Source: Marsupella aquatica
Taxonomy: Eukaryota; Plantae; Marchantiophyta
Direction of reading: 5' to 3'
NCBI GenBank assembly: GCA_973895155.1
Contig: OZ316892.1
Span: forward strand, 29,022,932-29,086,931
Length of the DNA stretch: 64,000 nt
The first letter of the stretch is position 1, and every line of letters begins with the position of its first letter. Positions 1-11,700 of the stretch are shown one piece after another. The notes beneath the pieces were generated by a model. It worked only from the letters and a program-made list of their open reading frames with translations. It ran no database searches and was not told the DNA's origin. Made by a program: the position numbers and the translations under genes.

Positions 1-1
1 G

Positions 2-3000
2 ATGGAATTAGATGGGTTTGCTAAGGTTACTGAAGTTACTATGTACAACATCTGGAAAAACTCATTTGATAATTTTGACTTTCACAAGGGAAGTGCATTT
101 GCCAAGTGCACATTGTGCACTGAGTTCAAAGATCAATTGATGCGGGAGAAGAGAAAAAAAGAGCGTGCAGAGATTGAAGAGAAAAGAGCTCGACATTTTT
201 GTGAACAAATGTCAAGAAGATATGTTTACTATGCTCATAGGGTTCTTGCAAAGAAGGATCTTCAAAACTATCTTTGCATTATTCACGATAAGATGGATCA
301 AGCCAAGACTTGGATCCCCAGGTTGGTCCCCACTCCAAAATCCCTCTCTGGTAGTGGTCAGCCTTTGCCTATTGCTCTTACTGGGATGTTAACCCATGGA
401 AGAGATCCTGGAGTGTATGCACATTTCAGTTTGACTAGACTTTGGCCTGGAGATGCAGACTTTACCGTGACATCTTTGGCCAAATGCCTCCGAGATTTGG
501 AAGATTACACAAGAGACAAAACTAGAGACCTTCTTGAGGGATTGAATTGGAATGCAACTAGGCCAATATTTCAGTCCCTTCTAGACTTTGAAGCATTTCT
601 GGCCGGTTACTTGGAACCCAAAAATGTTTCAATTGTTCGATTTCAAGGCATTGAAGATGGTCAGGAGACTAAAAAGTCAAGCACAGTGGATGTTGGTTCT
701 AAGGATGATCCTGAGACTACTAGGGGCTCTTTCAAGCCCTTACCAAGGCACCTAATGTTGCAGATGGACAATTCAGGGAAAGATAACAAAAATCAATATG
801 TGATGGCATTTTGCACTGAGCTTGTTAGCAGGGGGTGTTTGAAACTGTGCAAATGTCATTCCTCATGGTTGGCCACACCCATGAAGACGTGGATGCATTA
901 TTTTCTCAAGTATCCAAACAGGTCAGATACAAAGAGGTTGCTACCCTCTTGGGGTTGATGGCTGAGGTTTGGGAGTGTGAAAGCATTCATCCTATACCAC
1001 GATTGATTCAAGAGGTTGCATCTTACAAGGAGTATTTGAAAACTTTCCAGGTGAAAGAGATAGAAGGTCACTCAAAACCAGTGGCATTTCTTTTCTCCAT
1101 GAGGGATAATGTGCCAGTGTATCAATATAAAGCACATGTCAAGCAACCTTGGCTTCCGGCAATGGGGAGGTCCATTTGGAGAACTGATCCCATCACAAAT
1201 GCGCTCATTTTACCGGAAGGCCAACCATTTGCAAAACCTATATCTGGGGATGTACAAAAGAAGGCTGGAGAAATCATCCCATTCCTTAATCGCTATATTG
1301 ATTTCTTGAAGAAAAGTTGTAAGGATGAGACCTCTGCAGCATATAAAGAGAGATTTCCTCTGGTCAAATATTGGGAGAATCTTGTGCAAGCACTGTCCGA
1401 GGAACTTACAATAGAAGGGGAGGGAAAGACATTTGCCATTGACAACTGATTTTTGGCCAAAGACTAACCATGGCACAGGTTACAAGATGATTTTGGGGAC
1501 ATCTCAGCCATCAAGTGAACCTTCTCAAAATCCAGAGATGATGGACCTTCAAAATGAGTACATGGAAGAGATGGAAGATCAAGCTGCACCCTTTGTTGGT
1601 GCACGACAAGAGCGAGAACCTGCACGTTGGATTCCTCTACAAGATATTCAAGAAGGTCACTTTGTATTTTTACGTCCAGAGGATGAATGGGAACAGGAAA
1701 ATGGCAAAGGGCGTTTCTGGTTGGTTCGAGCTTTGGGTGGTGTGGATCCAAACCATGAGGTTCCCTCAATAGATTTGCAACATATTGAAGGGTCTTCTTC
1801 AACGTCTGTTGAGAGCATTCCTCTTAGGAATGCTCCTATGTTCCAAGTACAATGGTGGAGGCCTAAACATGGTAAACATGATCCCTGGGCCCTTAGCTTA
1901 ACTAATATAAGACCCCCCGTGCGAACAACTCAAGGGGTTTTTAAATCTCTTTTTTGAATAATAGTTATAATCGCTTATAATGTAACAACCCTTCGTTTTA
2001 TTGGGTTCCATGTTATAATGAACCAAGGTGATCTAAAAAATAGGGTTCGAGTAGTTTTATGTAAGGGTAAAGCATATAGGGCCGCCACACGTCAATAACT
2101 CATTCATCCACGTGTCATTGCATCCTTGGTTTGGGGTGTGCAAACACATTTGAATTTTTGGGGGATAGGGGAAATTTTTCCTTTAGGAAGTCTCGTTTAC
2201 CATTATGGATGACCAAAATGGTCTGCCGTTGATCTCTTTGATGCTCTATATCAAACGGTGTAGGAGTATATATGGCCTTGTAGAGGCCCCAAAGAAGGAG
2301 GAGGTCAAGTTGACACCGTTGTTCAATGCGTGTTGCGTCAGGTGGGGATTCTATGATGCCACAAGTGATAGAGAGAGTCTCAATCCAGAGTCACTTATGT
2401 ACCTCGGTGGATATTTATCACTTCTAGTGATCAAAGAATTGGTTTAAATGTAATAAGTTTTCCAATGCTTTAGACTCAAAGGATAACTTTCCTGTAAACG
2501 ATGATGAATATGCTCAACAAACTATGGGACAAACTTAAGTGTAATGTGGACTTACGGTTTTCATAGATGATAGTGTAGGATATTTACAACTTAAATTTGG
2601 ATACTTGTATGAGTTTGTTTGACTCTTAAATGCCTTGACTCCTACCTTCTTGCGAGGAAGTGTGTACATAAAGAATATGTTGTTCCTGTTTTTGCTTTTG
2701 ATAATGTGAAATGTTTATTCCAATCTGTTTAACTTAGAATCTCTTTGACATAATTTTTTATAACACCTGAAGAGCATATTTAATGTCATTTTGATGAAGA
2801 TTATAATAGCCTAAAGGGCTTTCTTGATGACCCAAAAGTAATTTATTAATATTAATAAGAGCTTTTTAAAAGGGCAAAAAATAGTACTGAAGGGGTTTGG
2901 AGGGGAGGGGTGTTCACAGGCCGGTTCCATTAATATACACGGAGTAAGGGCCCAGGGAGCATGAGGCAAAGGATGATGTTCGATATGAACGTTGCTTTCA

Positions 3001-3190
3001 AACCACTAAGACTTGGGAGCTGGATCCTGGGTTTGACAATGTTACTCAAAGTTGGCAGTTTGCAAATTCTGCAATGTATGGGTTTAAGTCAGGTGCTAAA
3101 GAACAAAATATTATGGATAGAGGTTTGACAATTCCTAAGAATGTTTTGAAAACTCTCAAAATTTACATGGAAGGTATAATTGATGAGTAG
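2..3190 (+). pseudogene. Decayed DUF7869-type / Sola-like DDD transposase, running off the left edge and interrupted by a TIR insertion
   Basis: Motifs CxxC (CTLCTEF), IHDKMDQAKT, LQMDNSGKDNKN and FLMVGHTHEDVDALFS lie across three frameshifted ORFs (2-958, 835-1449, 1433-1881). After removing the 1882-2958 insertion and one target copy, the frame continues (KHEAKDDVRYERCF...IYMEGIIDE*) to a TAG at 3188-3190. The superfamily assignment is inference. Confidence 0.7.
1882..2958. mobile_element. Non-autonomous TIR DNA element (~1.08 kb)
   Basis: Perfect 14-bp terminal inverted repeat: TCCCTGGGCCCTTA (1882-1895) and TAAGGGCCCAGGGA (2945-2958). CATGA is duplicated at 1877-1881 and 2960-2964. Excision restores the host ORF. 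No transposase inside. Confidence 0.85.
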
Positions 3191-3778
3191 ATTGATAGAA
3201 CTCGTAGGTTACAAGTCTCCACTCAAATGACTTGTGATTAAGAGGGTCGAGTTGATTTTCATGCGTTGGTCTAAAGTGAGAGAACAAGACAATCAAATTA
3301 ATACTCTATGATCTCTCAAAGCTATTGAATGGACTTTCTTATAATTATTATTTTATTTGTCTTAGTATATTTTAATTCTAGAAAATGATGCCATTTCATC
3401 CCTTCTAGTAGGTTGGATATCATCCTAGTTAACTTTGTCTAGACACTATAGTCATTCCATTGTATTGGTGCTTAGTTAGATATCTTACTCAAGCTAAATG
3501 TTTTGAATATAGATGCTATCCAAGCTTATATGTTATTACTAGATTCTATCTATTTTCCAACCAAATGAACACTTTTATCACCCAAATGTTTTTTAATATC
3601 ATCCAATTTAATATTTTACTTTCCCAAAATTTCATTTTTTTGTCCCCAAATTTACATTTAATGATGCTTGAATTTTCATTTTTCATCTTCCAAATTTACA
3701 ATTTTCATGCCTAAAACTATGTTTTTAAATCGCCAAATTTCCCTATATCCTTTATAATTTCAGTTTTAATGAATATAG

Positions 3779-6700
3779 TGATCAAGGACAACCCGGCCTC
3801 CTGCCGTCTGCCCAACTACTGCCTCACTGGGGCAAGTGCTACACCTCTACCTCACTACTCTGGCTTGATTCCCTCTTCTGGCTATGAGCTAACTTCCCTA
3901 AGCAAACACTAGACTGAGTTCCCCCCTTACTACTACGGGGCTCTCCCCCTAAATACTCAAAACAACACACCAAAGCACCCCTCACGGGGTCACAAGGATG
4001 GCGGCTACCCTAGCGGCGCCGCTAAAACCTTCACGAAAGAAATCCCTAATCCTAAAGCATGCGGTGCACACATGCTCCTAAAACCCTAATCTAATAATGG
4101 GACCGACAGTGCCTTCGACGGCGCCCCAACATTGCTCCGTGAACCGTGAAAATGCAAGGGACCCCACAATTGCCGAAACTAGGTGCCACTCTGAGTGCAC
4201 CTCTGAGCTCACCCCTGGGTAGCCCTACTCCTCCTGATCATGAATCACAAAACCGCTCTTGAAACGGACGTCAAACGACCAAGTTATGGTCGTTTCAGTA
4301 TCACTTACTTACCAACTTTGTCGGACCCTAATTTACTCATCCTGGCTCCGTTTGAGGAGCGCTACCTCTTGTTGGAATCAGCTCCGTGAGCTCTTTCCAA
4401 CAAGCCCATGAGTGCACCTTTCCAAAAAGTTTCACAATCTAGAGGTCATACGACCAAGTCCGTACGACTACCTAGTCCTCCTCCTCCTCACTCACGGTGC
4501 CATGGCTTGAGCCCCGTGAGTTAGTCTCTTCATTGCTCTCAATTGGAGTGGAGACTACTCCGCTTCTCTTCTTCTTCACAGGTGTACTCCTCCCGCTAGT
4601 GCTTCCTTGCTTCCTCAATGCCGCCAAGGCTTGCCAAGCCCTGACATAGCCCTCACCGATGGTATCCTTCCACAAGGCAGCCTCCTCTCCAGATTGCAAC
4701 TCCAACGGTAAAACCTGCCCGGTGGCCATGGGAGTCGCTGGTGTCACAGATCTGGGCGGCAACCTCGGGGTTCCCGTATTAACGTGGGCCTCCCGTAATG
4801 ACTTACGTACCTCCTTGAGCTTTTTCTCCAAGCTCTTATTCTTTTCCTGATTCTTCTTGGCTGCTTCCAGCAAGGGACCGTACTTCTCACTTACTTCCTT
4901 CACCACCATCTCAATGGCCTTGGAGACCAGGTCAGGGGTAAGCGTGGAGTTAGGTGGGCAGGGGCTCTTCCACTTCCCCAGACTCAAGGCCTCACTCCTC
5001 TTGGCCCTAGTCTCAAAGATCCCAACCTGACTCCGTAATTCTGCCATCTGGCCTCTTAACCTCTCCCCTTCTCCCATGTTCCGCTTCTCTTTGGCCAATG
5101 CTTCTCTCAGCACTCCAACTTCCTCCGCTTCTTTGGCCTTAGTAGACAAGGCCCCCCTCAAGTGAGAAATCTCCACTTGAGCCGCCTGGAGTAGCTTGGC
5201 CTTCTCTTGTATGGCCTCCTCCTTAGCTTTGATCACCTCCTTCATTGACGTGGCACCCTGCTGCAATGTTTCCACCCTTGTGTTGGCCTGCTTGAGCGCA
5301 TCTCTCAATGTGTGGGCCAGCTTGAGCCCCTCATGGGCCCCTTCACAAAAATCCCGTAATTCCGCCAAGTAGACCTCTGGAATGTCGTAAGCAAGGGCCT
5401 CCTCTGGATTCCTCACCAGAGATTCCAGCCACTCCAATGTGTACTCCTCATCTTGGATGTCTTCCTCAACTTGACTGTCTCCTATTCCTGCTGACACTGC
5501 TGACACCTCCATGAGTTTCCCCAAGATGGTAGTGGCAATGCTGCGGATTTCCGTGGTAAGGGATGACCCAGCTTCTTCGGGCCCTGGGGAGGTAATCAAT
5601 CCTTCTGCCCTGGCCAACAAAAATGACCCCATCAAGTGCAAATCTCCCCCTGGTTTCAGACTCTTGGGTTCAGCAGCCAATAGCCTTGTCAATTCGTAAT
5701 ACCACCATCCGTAAGCATGGGCTGGATATTTCCGAATATCCAGAGCAATTATGAAATGCTCCCCGTTCACTACCCTGGATTGCACATTACCGAGGACCCG
5801 TTGATGAACCTTGGCCAGAAATCCCTTGTGCGCTGCATCCTTGACGGCCGAGAGATGAATGGCCGTGGTGGAGGTAGGATTGTTCACCCAGCATGCCACC
5901 ATTGTCAACGTGAATGAGAACTGCATCCCCGATGATGTTTCGGGGGGGTGAATGAGAACTACTGGTTCTCCAAAAACAACAGTTTAATTAGCCAATTCGG
6001 TATGAGGTATCAAACGCTGAATACATGCAAAATAAATCCCCTCCGTGCGCAATTCCATTCCAGCCTCTAAGTCCCAACTCTTCCCTGGAGGGACTCTAAT
6101 CTCTACTCTCATGAAGTCAGTGAGCTCGGTGGCCTGGAACATAGCTTTGCAATCCTCCATCACCTTGGCAGAGGTCTTGGGATAAATTCAACGGAAAACC
6201 TTCCTCATAACCGGTGCTGGACTTGCTGCTGGTCCAGTGCTCATTGCCGCTCTTCTATCTCCTCTCTCCTCCTCAATTAGTGTCGCAATGTACTCACGGT
6301 AAGCGGCTTTGTATCTACGAATGCGCGTCGCACTGAACGCAGGCTGATCAAGCATCCATGCTCAGGAACAATTCCCAATCACAAAATCCCGTCACCTCCT
6401 TGAAATCCTGGCCCGAACGGCCCCCGTATCGCGATTAAGAACCACCCTCAATTTCCCCCGAAGTCACCCAATGCCGTCGTCTCTAATGCCCAAAAAAATG
6501 CGTCACCAAGCTCCCATAATCAACCATGAGAGAGCTTCGAAAATAATTGCAAGAGCAGGAGAGAGCTTTCGGCAATGAGAGAAATTGCTTTCGGGAGAGC
6601 AAGAAGTCGCGCAAAGAGAAGGGAGGAAAAAAAAGGACTCATACACGGAAAGCCTTCCCGTTTCATTCTTTTCCTCCCTGCTTCCCTCTCGCCTTGCGCC

Positions 6701-7654
6701 CCGACTCGCAGCCCTATGCAGGGCGCGCGCAGGCCAACAGGCGGCTGCCACCTTGCCTTTGTTGCCCGCTTCTCGCTCGCCGTGCCCAGTACTTGCCTCC
6801 CACTAGTCGGGGAGCATTTACTCCCCCCGTACCTCTCTCCCTTGGGCCTCCATAAGCCCCCCCGTTTCCTCCCGCAGCCCCATGCAGGGCGCCTTCTCAC
6901 TGGAGCTTAATTGGCCCCCCTCCCTCCGCGACCCTTTTCCTCCTGGCGCCGGCTGCGGCCCGGCTGCGCTGCGCCTCGGCTCGACTCGCGCCCCGGTAGC
7001 CTCACCTGGGCTTGCCCACTCGCGGGCTCCATCCGGCTCGCGGTACCCCCTCGCCTTGCGCCCCGTTGCCTCGGGTTCTGCTGGTGGGCTCGCGCCCTCC
7101 TTGCGGTACCCCTCTCCCTTGCGAAGCCCCATTTAGCGCCCTCGCCCCGGTTGCGCCTCGGCTCTCCGGCTCTCCGGCTCTCCGCCTCCTTGGCTGCCAT
7201 TTGGCCCCCTCCCGGGAGGGTAAAATTAGCCTTTCCCCCTGGCTTCCTGCGCTCCTTTTTGGGGGATTTAATTCTCCCCCCACTTCTTTAGTCCTTCTTG
7301 GCCTTCAACGCGCGTCGGCCCGGCTCACGCACTTCTCCTCCTTATTACTCGCGGAGCTCCCTCCTTAGCCCCCCAAGATTCCACGTGTCAAGCCCTAGGG
7401 GCGCCCCTTATGGCCCCCATGATTTACAAGGGGTTTTCCCCCTCAACCCATAAAACTTAGTTTGTCTCCTTAGACCTTGCTATTGGGGTCTCAAAAATAG
7501 CCCAAGTTAAACAGTAAATCCTACGATCGCTTAGGTTGTCGTAAACCTCAGAACTATTTGTGAGAGAGAAAAAGAATAAGTTAAGCCCCCCGGCATTACC
7601 AAATTATAATGACGAAAGTAACTTAAACTTTTAAAAAAAAACTCGGTATTTACA
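3779..7654 (-). mobile_element. Large LTR-like (probable Ty3/gypsy solo-LTR-type) element carrying an ORF
   Basis: GC-rich block in AT-rich flanks. The right end reads ...CGGTATTTACA (minus-strand start TGTAAATACCG, LTR-like) and the left end TGATCAAGG. The flanking duplication is imperfect (ATAG/ATGG), so the left boundary is uncertain. No gag/pol motifs seen. Confidence 0.5.
4472..5926 (-). CDS. TE-associated hypothetical protein with a long coiled-coil region (484 aa ORF; further degraded coding sequence to ~6250)
   Basis: Long open frame with an E/K/A/L-rich heptad segment (ALKQANTRVETLQQG...MAELRSQV) and a basic/acidic tail, located inside the LTR-like block. Confidence 0.6.
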   Translation of the reverse strand: MQFSFTLTMVACWVNNPTSTTAIHLSAVKDAAHKGFLAKVHQRVLGNVQSRVVNGEHFIIALDIRKYPAHAYGWWYYELTRLLAAEPKSLKPGGDLHLMGSFLLARAEGLITSPGPEEAGSSLTTEIRSIATTILGKLMEVSAVSAGIGDSQVEEDIQDEEYTLEWLESLVRNPEEALAYDIPEVYLAELRDFCEGAHEGLKLAHTLRDALKQANTRVETLQQGATSMKEVIKAKEEAIQEKAKLLQAAQVEISHLRGALSTKAKEAEEVGVLREALAKEKRNMGEGERLRGQMAELRSQVGIFETRAKRSEALSLGKWKSPCPPNSTLTPDLVSKAIEMVVKEVSEKYGPLLEAAKKNQEKNKSLEKKLKEVRKSLREAHVNTGTPRLPPRSVTPATPMATGQVLPLELQSGEEAALWKDTIGEGYVRAWQALAALRKQGSTSGRSTPVKKKRSGVVSTPIESNEETNSRGSSHGTVSEEEED

Positions 7655-8054
7655 ATGGTTATTTACATGGTACAACCCAGTTAAACAACTATCAAGGATG
7701 TTCAGTGACGGGGACCCCGTCACAAGAATGTTTTTGGAATGTTTTTGTTAATAAATAGGTCTATTTGTATCAAACTAGGATCACAAGTGGTTTCCCAAAA
7801 TATAACACTTAGTTAACCCCCCAAGCTCAAAGCATGTTGTTTACTCTCAAACAATCTCTTTATTCTGACTATAGAACCCTTTGCTTCAAAAAATACCAAT
7901 CTAGCTGATCATCATTTTTGCACCAAGTAGCTCCCATTAGATGTTGATTACCATTTGAATGGAGAATTGGAACATATAACAATATGAGCCTCCTCCAAAA
8001 TAGAATTTTGATTCTATCAATTCTTCACGAGAGGTGCCCTCACCTGCTTTGGTT

Positions 8055-8529
8055 TGTTGAGCATAGACGATGATCGCAACGGCAAGCCCATGAACCATCC
8101 AACGCACAATAGTCGACACAAGAGATACGTGGTTCACCTCCTTGAGGCTACGTCCACGGGAACACACAAGAGAGCTTTACTGAACTCTAAGCCCGTCGAC
8201 TATACCGAGTCTCCACAGTGTAAGCTCTCCCTATCTCTCAAGTGGCTCCATAACAATGAGCCTTGGTTCTACCTCTCCAAGCACACATGCCTCTTATGAT
8301 ATAGTGTGCAACTTAGTTGTACCTAACCACATAGTTGTACCTAACCACATAGTTGTACCTAATCACGTAGTTGTACCTAACCACATAGTTGTACCTAATC
8401 ACGTAGTTGTACCTAACCACATAGTTGTACCTAATCACGTAGTTGTACCTAACCACGTAGTTGTACCAACCCACGTTGTTGTACCAACCACGTCATACCT
8501 AACCTAGACGTAAGAGTAAATACCCAACA
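8055..8529 (-). repeat. 3' LTR of the copia element
   Basis: TGTTGAGC...CCCAACA, direct repeat of 14183-14657, adjacent to the PPT. Confidence 0.95.
8314..8493. repeat. 18-bp tandem array inside the LTR (about 10 units; same array at ~14442-14621)
   Basis: Units TAGTTGTACCTAACCACA and TAGTTGTACCTAATCACG repeated head to tail. Confidence 0.9.
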
Positions 8530-8544
8530 ATCTTCCCCTTGACT
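8530..8544 (-). other. Polypurine tract
   Basis: Minus strand reads AGTCAAGGGGAAGAT immediately before the 3' LTR. Confidence 0.85.
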
Positions 8545-8720
8545 CTGGTCTAGGGGAGAGTAATACTGCCAATGTATATGATCCCTCAGCGGGAAGTTCT
8601 GGACAGAAACCAAACCGGTTTCCCTCTCTAACTAGAGCAAACCAGAACTAAGCCGTAGCCTAATACATAGGAATGAGGAAGAGCATATATCAGTAATTAC
8701 AATGAATGTTTAAGAAAACT

Positions 8721-11700
8721 CTACTTGTGATGCAATTGCAAAACCTGCAATACGTCACGGTGTCTAGAGAAACTCTCCAAAGGAATCACTTTGGTAAATG
8801 CGTCAGCCGGGTTGAGTTTACCATCAATCTTGACTAGCTCAAACAAATTATCAGACACAGCCTGCCTGATAAAATGGTACCTGACGTCAATGTGCTTCAC
8901 TCTGCTGTCCATCACCTGGTTCACAGCAAGGTGGAGCGCACTTTGACTATCACAATGGAGCTTCACATTCCCCTGTGGCAATCCCATTTCAGTGATAAGT
9001 CTATCCAACCAAATCGCTTCCTTTGCTGCTTCCGCAGCTGCAACATACTCCGCTTCTGTAGTAGACTGAGCAATACACTTCTGCAAAGTAGACCTCCAAC
9101 TTATGCATCCACCGCCAAGTGTGAACACGTATCCTGTTGTTGATCTCCTTCGGTCCAAATCTTGTCCATAGTCAGAATCTACATAGCCAATCAATGATCT
9201 AGCATTCTTTGCATTCGCATCAAATAAAAGACCATGATCCACGGTACCCTTCAAGTACCTGATAATCCACTTCACTGCTTCCCAGTGTACCTTCCCTGGA
9301 TTCGACATGTACCTGCTCACCTTGCCCATAGCCATGGCAAGATCAGGTCTAGTGCAAGTCATCAAATACATGAGACTCCCCACTGCCTTGTCATATGGAA
9401 CCTTTGACATCAACCCCTTCTCTGTGTCATCCGTAGGACAGAACACTGATGATAACTTGAAGTGTGGAGCCAACGGGGTACTTACTGGCTTGCTATTCTC
9501 CATGTTGAACCTTGCAATTACCTTCCTCGCATAACTGCTCTGCGTCAACCATAGCTTGCCAGCCTCCAAGTCCCTAGTGATCTCCATACCCAAAATCCTC
9601 TTAGCTGGCCCTAAGTCCTTCATCTTAAACTCTGCACTAAGCAGTGCCTTGAGCTTAACAATCTCAGACCTATCCTTGGCTGCAATTAGCATGTCATCCA
9701 CATAAAGTACTAAAACAATGAACCCAAAGACAACATTCTTCACCGGTTTCAAATACACACAAGGGTCAAATACACTTCTGTGAAAACCTTGTGACCGAAT
9801 CCAATCGTCAAACCGCTTGTTCCACTGTCTTGGTGACTGCTTCAACCCATACAAGGATTTCAGCAATCTGCAAACCAATTCCTCCTGTCCTCTCTTCACA
9901 AAACCTAGCGGTTGTCTCATGAAGATCACCTCTTCCAATGTGCCATAGAGGAAAGCTGTGACAACATCCATCTGATCTAGGAGCAGACCAAACATTACAA
10001 CAAGTACACACAATAGTCGTATTGTAGAGTACTTAGCAACTGGTGAGAAGACCTCATTGTAATCCACACCTTTCTCTTGTGTGAATCCCTTTGCTACCAA
10101 TCTAGCCTTGTAGACCTTCGATCCACCTCCTATGGAATTATCCTTCAGCTTGTAAATCCACTTGTTGTCCACCACTTGCTGATCCTTAGGCAGCTTAACA
10201 AGCTCCCAAGTTTTGTTGTCCTTTAGTGACTGCATCTCCGTTTGCATTGCTGCAGTCCACTTCTGCTTCTCCTTTGAAGCACTTGCCTCATGAAATGAAG
10301 AAGGTTCTCCTTCTTCCAAAATTAACGCATCACCCTCATCATCAGCTGTAAAATCATCCTCTTGCAGTTGAGATGAATCAACCCACTGTCCATACCTTGA
10401 TGGAGCGCGTACAGTGCGACCAGATGTTCTTCTAGCCGATGACTCCGGTTGATCTGCGTGTGCTGGTACAATTTGAAGCTCAACAGCATCCACTTGCTGC
10501 TCACCAGCATCAACAAACTCCTCTGGTTCCTCTGGCACAGGAACCAGCTCCATAATTGGAGCAACTCCTTCTCTCCGGTCATGCACCTCATAACCAATCT
10601 CCCCCTCAACGAGATCCGGGATAGGAGATTTTCCTTTGTCAGTACGGGAGACCTGAGTATTCTCCCCCTCCTTCAATAATCTGGATTCATTGAAGGAAAC
10701 ATCCCTACTGACAACGAGCTTACAGGCAATAGGATCCCATAGCCTATAGGCTTTCACACCACTCTGGTACCCAAGAAAAACACATTTCCTGGAGGTAGGA
10801 TCCAACTTGGTCCTATTCTGCTTTGGTGTGAGAGCATATGCATCACTTCCAAAAATTACCAAGCCATGATAGTCTGCTTGCCGCTTATAGCGCATCTCAA
10901 ACGGCGTTTTGAAATTGATAGCACTAGAAGGAGAAAGATTTACCAAATAAGCTGCGGTATTGACAGCTTCTGCCCAAAATTCTTGTGGTAAACCTGATTG
11001 GCTCAACATACTCCGTGACCGCTCCAACAGTGTCCGATTGAGCCTCTCAGCGACACCATTCTGCTGCGGAGTATAAACTGTGGTGAGATGGCGAGTTATC
11101 CCCTGTTCTGAACAGTACTCTTCAAATTCCATTGAAGTGTACTCCCCGCCGTTGTCTGACCTCAGACTCTTCACCCTTGTATCCAAACACTTGATCGTGT
11201 TTCCAGTCTGATTCTCCACCTGGGCCTTCCACTTCTTAAAAATGGACAAGACATCAGACTTATGCGTCATGAAATAAATCCACACAAATCTTGAGTAATC
11301 ATCAATAAATGATACATAGTACAACTTTCCAGAGTGTGAGGGAGTCGGGGATGGACCCCACACGTCACTATGTATGTACTCAAGAACCGCTTTGGAACGA
11401 TGAGTTCCAACACCAAAAGCACGACGATGCTGCTTTCCAAGAATGCAATGCTCACAAAACTCTAATTTACAAGATTGCAAATCAGAAATGAGTCCATTCT
11501 TCCGTAAGATAGCCAAACCCTTCTCACTCATGTGGCCTAGCCGTGAATGCCACAGTTGAGTCATCTCCTCGTGAGACTTGGTTACATTGGCCTCTCCACA
11601 TACAGTATTGCCCTGTAACACATACAAATTCTTTTGTCTACTCCCCTTCAAAATCACTGTCTCTCCCGACCTGACTTGAAGTTCACCATCAATAACGCTC

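Noticed and set aside
4040-4095. Telomere-like AAACCCTA motifs
   Set aside because: Isolated telo-box-like words, not a tandem telomeric array.
6503-7368. Many overlapping ORFs on both strands
   Set aside because: Very GC-rich low-complexity leader with few stop codons. No domain recognisable in any frame.
8256-8507. ORF with VVPNH repeats / CRISPR-like array (also 14384-14635)
   Set aside because: Head-to-tail 18-bp units without unique spacers inside a copia LTR. The ORF is a by-product, there are no cas genes and the context is eukaryotic.
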